DNA of 64,000 nt from Candidatus Micrarchaeota archaeon. Lineage in GTDB: Archaea > Micrarchaeota > Micrarchaeia > Anstonellales > Bilamarchaeaceae. A program made the translations under genes and the position numbers. Numbering within the stretch: the first letter of the stretch is position 1; each line of letters begins with the position of its first letter. The stretch spans positions 1 to 64,000 of the forward strand of contig JBBSVN010000010.1 of assembly GCA_038046765.1 (NCBI GenBank), read 5' to 3'. Shown piece by piece: positions 59,507 to 64,000 of this stretch. The notes under the pieces were generated by a model that saw only the letters and a program-made list of their open reading frames with translations, did no database searches and was not told the origin of the DNA.

Positions 59507-60054
59507 AAAATATTCTTTTAATACTTTTCTTTGTCGGTCTTACTTCTTTAATTTATTCTCAAATTTATGATTTAAGTTTGCTTATTTATAAAAATGATAG
59601 CGCAAAAATAGTTGATATATCTATATCTGATTTTGAGCCTGGCCCATTTCCAACTAGTCTAAATAATAATTATCATTTTGAAATTATTGATACGGAAAAT
59701 AAAATTATTTTTAATCAACCCTTCACAATGAGATTTGTTGTTTATCCAGACCCTTATGAAGATGGAACTGCAAGGGCTCAAGTAATCAATCTAAATCAAA
59801 CTTATAGTTTTTGGAGATTACCCTACTTCCAAAATGCAAAAACAATTCAGCTTTATCATGAAAATAAAAAAATCTGGGAATACAATGTCGAATACCTTTC
59901 TAATAAAACCTCACCCACCTTCCCAGAAAAACGATCTGGAGTTATGGGGGTTATAAATAACAATATTCTTTTGGTTCTTTCCGGTTTATGTTTGGCTTTC
60001 TTAGCTATCCTTGCTTTGGCTTTCTTAGTTTACAAAAAAGTTTTGAAAAAGTGA
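59503..60054 (+). CDS. Secreted protein with C-terminal TM anchor, translationally coupled to the protease
   Basis: Signal peptide; 'LPYFQNAKTIQL' beta domain; C-terminal TM plus KK tail; 4-nt overlap with the protease gene. Confidence 0.75.
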   Translation: MKNILLILFFVGLTSLIYSQIYDLSLLIYKNDSAKIVDISISDFEPGPFPTSLNNNYHFEIIDTENKIIFNQPFTMRFVVYPDPYEDGTARAQVINLNQTYSFWRLPYFQNAKTIQLYHENKKIWEYNVEYLSNKTSPTFPEKRSGVMGVINNNILLVLSGLCLAFLAILALAFLVYKKVLKK

Positions 60055-60058
60055 TACT

Positions 60059-60394
60059 ATGAAGACGCAAATTTTCCTGTTTACAATCTTATTTTTGACT
60101 TTACTCGGTTGCACTCAAACTCCCCAGGGCAAAAACTGTGGGACTGATAAAGAGTGCCTCAAGTCAGCCTTTACAAGTTGTGAGCAAGCGTATGGAAAAT
60201 GGGTTGGTAAAAACGGAAATATCGGCATTCAAATTTTAAACAACTCTTCAGACAGTTGCAAAATTATATTTTTGGTTATGGACAGTAATCTGGAAATATC
60301 CAATAAAAGTATAAATTGCAGTTTTTCCCCCTCTAAAAATTTCTCGATTGTAGAAGATTGCAACGGTGAATTAAAAACTTTGCTTAGTAATTAA
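60059..60394 (+). CDS. Small Cys-rich lipoprotein
   Basis: Lipobox 'TLLGC'; 'NCGTDKECL..AF..C'. Confidence 0.75.
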   Translation: MKTQIFLFTILFLTLLGCTQTPQGKNCGTDKECLKSAFTSCEQAYGKWVGKNGNIGIQILNNSSDSCKIIFLVMDSNLEISNKSINCSFSPSKNFSIVEDCNGELKTLLSN

Positions 60395-60411
60395 AACTAA
60401 GGTAAATATTT

Positions 60412-60747
60412 ATGGGCATTCTAGACATCTTCAAAACAATGCTAAAGGGAAATTCTAATTCCAACAAAGGTCAAAAACAAAAATGTCCAAATTGCGGCGA
60501 AATTCTATTTCTAAACCAAGAACGTTGCGAAAAATGCGGAATCAGAGTAAAATCAATGTTTAGGATGTCATGTCCTAAATGCAAAAATTTAAACGAACTT
60601 GATGCAAAAAAATGCACTAAATGCAAATACGATTTTGAAGCAGAGTTTGCAAGGGCAGCTAGGACATTCTTTGTCTGTCCCATTTGTGGTTATAAAAGTG
60701 AAGCATACTTGACAGAATGTCCTGCTTGCAGTACGAGATTTGGCTAG
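60412..60747 (+). CDS. Multiple zinc-ribbon protein
   Basis: Six CxxC pairs forming three ribbon units. Confidence 0.85.
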   Translation: MGILDIFKTMLKGNSNSNKGQKQKCPNCGEILFLNQERCEKCGIRVKSMFRMSCPKCKNLNELDAKKCTKCKYDFEAEFARAARTFFVCPICGYKSEAYLTECPACSTRFG

Positions 60748-60829
60748 TCACTATTTATTGTCCAATGTTAGTCCTTTTTATTATTTCTCATTCCTTTATC
60801 TATAATATCAATTTGATCAAGTGATACTC

Positions 60830-61402
60830 ATGCCTGAAGGAGCATTTAAGATGGAAGAAACCCACAAGAAGAAAATGGAAGAACATAAACGTAAGTTCAC
60901 TTATCTTCTTGACGAAGATCATACCGAAGTCAAACGCCTTAGCTTAGAAGATTTAGAAGAAGCCGTAAAAATAATGCGAAAGTGCGCTTTTGATGTAACT
61001 GATACTGATGTAAAAACAATAATTGTTTATAACAATAGTTTTGGATGCTATGTCAACAGGATGCTAATTGGTGTTGGTTTATCTTGGCCTGCACATCTTA
61101 ATTTAGACCAAAAAATCTTAACTGCAGGAGAGCCAAATGCGATATACTTAGAAGACCCAGCCGTATTGCTCGCTTACGAAGGTCGTGGATTAAGGCGAGT
61201 TTTATTACATGAACGGGAAAACGAAGGTAAAAAACTTAATTTAAAATACTCTATTGCATACTTAGCTGAAAATATCGAAAAAGGGACTTCTATAGAAGAA
61301 TCCATTAAAGAAGGCGGTTCGCAATTAGAAAAACTCTACTTATCCGAAGGCTACAAATTTTTTAGGACCGATCGCGGGATTATGGCATTAAAAGAATTGT
61401 AA
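60830..61402 (+). CDS. GNAT-fold protein
   Basis: 'DPAVLLAYEGRGLRRVL' (motif A-like), 'KLYLSEGY'. Confidence 0.65.
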   Translation: MPEGAFKMEETHKKKMEEHKRKFTYLLDEDHTEVKRLSLEDLEEAVKIMRKCAFDVTDTDVKTIIVYNNSFGCYVNRMLIGVGLSWPAHLNLDQKILTAGEPNAIYLEDPAVLLAYEGRGLRRVLLHERENEGKKLNLKYSIAYLAENIEKGTSIEESIKEGGSQLEKLYLSEGYKFFRTDRGIMALKEL

Positions 61403-61443
61403 TTTTGGTTGACTTATTTAAACTTTATCCAATATATAGTATC

Positions 61444-63213
61444 ATGAAATTTTCTTATGTTTGTTTATTTACGCTACTTATTGTGTCATTATCTACTGCG
61501 ATATCTTGCAATGGGATTGCATCTAATTTCGCCCCGTCAGTTGTAGCCGATAATCGAACTGCTATTGGCGAATTATTCAATATGTCTGTTCGAGTATCAC
61601 AAGGTACTGGGAATATTTATTTTACAATTGATCCTGAAGTTGGATTAACAACTCAGTTCTCTGCATTATCTGCAATAAGATACGCTTATTCGATATCCAA
61701 TGTATCAAACCAAAGCTGTGATACTTTTGTAACATTAAGTCGTTCGGAAGGTGTTGAATCAGTAGATGGTCCAAGTGCAGGATTAAATCTGGCAGTGCTA
61801 ACTTACGCTGCACTAAATAACGAGCCTGTACGAAGCGATACTGTATTAACTGGAGCAATAAGTAAATATGGTAATGCATTACCTGTTGGCGGACTTTTTG
61901 AAAAATCAAAAGCAGCTGCATTAAGCGGGGCAAAATATTTTGCAGCACCACTTGATAGTCTTACAACAAGAATAATTCTGCTACCAATTGAAAAAAAATA
62001 CAATATCCAAATCGTTAATATAAAAACTGCTAAAGAGGCCATAGACTTTTTAGTTAATGGAAAATTGCCGCAAGAGAGTTCGCTGTTCGATGCAACGGGG
62101 GTATCTCCTCCTGATATTAACGCTTCTACGGTAAGCGGTATAGAAAATTTCAAACAACTTGCCCTAAACATGGTTTCACTCAATAATGATTCTATATCTA
62201 ATTTTAAGTATTCTGACAAATATGCAAATGCAATAAAATCTGGATTTAATTTAACTATAAAAAAAGAAGAACTTTTACTAAACAAAGGTTACTTCTTTAC
62301 TGCTGCTAATGATGCATTTCTAAATTATATCGGCCTCGAAACCATAAATGGTTATTATTCTGGAGATTACGTAAACATCCGGGAAACAAAAAAAGAAATT
62401 AATAATTGTATCTCTTCCATTCCAGTTATTCCCAAGACCCTTAAGAACTACGAATTCGTAATCGGTTCAGAATTAAGAAAAGGGTGGGCAGAAGAAAAAA
62501 TACAAAGTACCGAACCAGGGATTCTAGAAGAAGAAAAATACTTCAATTATAATGATCTTATGTATGCTAAAGCCTGGTGTATTGTTTCATCTTCAATAAT
62601 AGATGCCGTACCAGTTCAAAACTCACCTGAACAAATCTATGTTAATGAATCTTTATGGCAAGATTTATCAAAGAAAAGGCTGGATTACGTAGAAAAAATA
62701 AATTCCACAAATGGTGAATTTAAAAGAAGAAAAACGGTTGCAGAAAACCTTTACAATCAAGGTAAATACGGTGCATCTGTCTTTGAATCGCAATATCTTA
62801 TTAATTACTACGCCTTAGATTATTTGTCTAATGATTCACTTACTAATACTAATGCAGTTAACACATCCACTCTATTCTCTTATTATACAACTTCACTGTG
62901 GGCAAAAGTATATGCGTCCCATGCAGAGTTTATCTATCAGACTAGTGATGATAAAAATGAAGCGATTAAACTTTTATCCTATTCTAAATCCTTAAATGAC
63001 CTAAATGAGGCACTATTAGATGCTCAAAAGATTAACAATTCCATAAATTCTACAGGTTCTAGTTTACAAAATAATTTACAATCTCCTGAAGATAGTTTAT
63101 ACAAATATCTTATTTTCGGTGTCTTATTTATTTTAATAATCATCGTACTATTATACATCCAGTCCAGACCAAAAAAACAATCTGAAGCTCCAAGATACTA
63201 CAAAAAGAAGTGA
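61444..63213 (+). CDS. Secreted, membrane-anchored Lon-like (S16) serine protease lacking ATPase domain
   Basis: Signal peptide; 'VDGPSAG' (Ser), 'LTGAI...G...PVGGLFEK' (Lys); helical C-terminal domain; TM anchor. Confidence 0.88.
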   Translation: MKFSYVCLFTLLIVSLSTAISCNGIASNFAPSVVADNRTAIGELFNMSVRVSQGTGNIYFTIDPEVGLTTQFSALSAIRYAYSISNVSNQSCDTFVTLSRSEGVESVDGPSAGLNLAVLTYAALNNEPVRSDTVLTGAISKYGNALPVGGLFEKSKAAALSGAKYFAAPLDSLTTRIILLPIEKKYNIQIVNIKTAKEAIDFLVNGKLPQESSLFDATGVSPPDINASTVSGIENFKQLALNMVSLNNDSISNFKYSDKYANAIKSGFNLTIKKEELLLNKGYFFTAANDAFLNYIGLETINGYYSGDYVNIRETKKEINNCISSIPVIPKTLKNYEFVIGSELRKGWAEEKIQSTEPGILEEEKYFNYNDLMYAKAWCIVSSSIIDAVPVQNSPEQIYVNESLWQDLSKKRLDYVEKINSTNGEFKRRKTVAENLYNQGKYGASVFESQYLINYYALDYLSNDSLTNTNAVNTSTLFSYYTTSLWAKVYASHAEFIYQTSDDKNEAIKLLSYSKSLNDLNEALLDAQKINNSINSTGSSLQNNLQSPEDSLYKYLIFGVLFILIIIVLLYIQSRPKKQSEAPRYYKKK

Positions 63214-63217
63214 AAAT

Positions 63218-64000
63218 ATGCAAACTTTAACTGATGGTGTGTACTTAGAAAATGCAGTCGAATTTGAATGTAAAAAGCTAGAGCTTGAAATAAAATATGC
63301 TATTTCCAAATCCTCTTCATCTGAAAAAGCGCAGTTCTTTGAATCAGAACTTCTAGAACTTAATCAAAAAATTACTAAGAATTCAGAAAAATTTTCCAAA
63401 CAATTAAAAGAAATCGCTCCTTTACCAAATTATAATCGAATCAAACAGCTTTCCGAATTTTTAAAAGCTAATCATGACAAGTTACTTTTAAGTTTAAAGC
63501 AAAAAGCTGGTACAGAGTATGAATTTTTGACTGAGTTTTTAAATCTTCTTAAGAAAAATAGCGATAATAAAAAAGAAATAGCCAAACTTAACTTAATTTT
63601 TGCGAAGCTTGGTTCGGAAGATAAAAATCGGATATCCTCTATTTTGTCTTTAGGATCCATCGAATCAACGGTGGAATTTTTTGCCGAAGAGAAAACAAAA
63701 CTGCTACTAAAAAAAATCTTTGCAAGACTCTTTGATACTAGTGCTGAAGCATTCATTATAATAAACGGGAAAAAATTCTGGTTCGATGCCCTATTAAAAG
63801 ATAAATTTAATGATAACCTAAATCAGATAAAGATATTCTCAACTAAAATGCAAGTTTTATCAGCCCAAAAGCAAAGAGGCGAACTTGATGAAGAAAAAGA
63901 TAAAGAATTCTCATCTTTACAAGAAAATTATCTTAAACTTTTAAAAGAACAAGATGAACTTTTAAAGGATTTTAATGAAGAGTATAACTTTGCCTCAACA
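63218..64000 (+). CDS. Coiled-coil hypothetical protein (3'-truncated by window)
   Basis: ATG 4 nt after the previous stop; open to the window end (MQTLTDGVYLENAVEFECKKLELEIK...). Confidence 0.75.
   Translation, partial: MQTLTDGVYLENAVEFECKKLELEIKYAISKSSSSEKAQFFESELLELNQKITKNSEKFSKQLKEIAPLPNYNRIKQLSEFLKANHDKLLLSLKQKAGTEYEFLTEFLNLLKKNSDNKKEIAKLNLIFAKLGSEDKNRISSILSLGSIESTVEFFAEEKTKLLLKKIFARLFDTSAEAFIIINGKKFWFDALLKDKFNDNLNQIKIFSTKMQVLSAQKQRGELDEEKDKEFSSLQENYLKLLKEQDELLKDFNEEYNFAST

Noticed and set aside
870..63756. Numerous short antisense/overlapping ORFs in the track (e.g. 7309-7755, 61803-62285, 63472-63756)
   Set aside because: Shadows of longer genes with clear motifs; no independent promoter or motif.

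Overview
AT-rich, gene-dense window from an archaeal chromosome (archaeal EF-1alpha, archaeal GluRS, AsnRS, AK6-type adenylate kinase, ScpB, TATA-driven leaderless genes, GGTGA RBSs, BHB tRNA introns). Gene content suggests a DPANN archaeon, most likely Micrarchaeota (inference). The first half mixes housekeeping genes (trxB, grx, aldehyde dehydrogenase, uvrC, Lrp, serA-like, tuf, asnS, ribL, HIT, lplA, gltX) with many monocistronic orphan proteins carrying divergent enzyme folds. It also holds a hydrolase pseudogene, an AAA+ ATPase gene bracketed by a perfect 35-bp direct repeat, and a tRNA-Pro(CGG) with two introns. The main feature is an operon at 32.3-45.6 kb: six tandem, divergent paralogous polytopic membrane proteins sharing three motifs reminiscent of CedA/VirB6-type channels, followed by a 1444-aa Cys-rich lipoprotein. 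It is flanked by PadR and DsbA upstream and, downstream, by a 1577-aa membrane-spanning protein, a MazEF pair and three proteases. This is a candidate cell-contact/macromolecule-transfer apparatus; no cognate ATPase is in the window. All family calls come from visual motif recognition, with no database searches.
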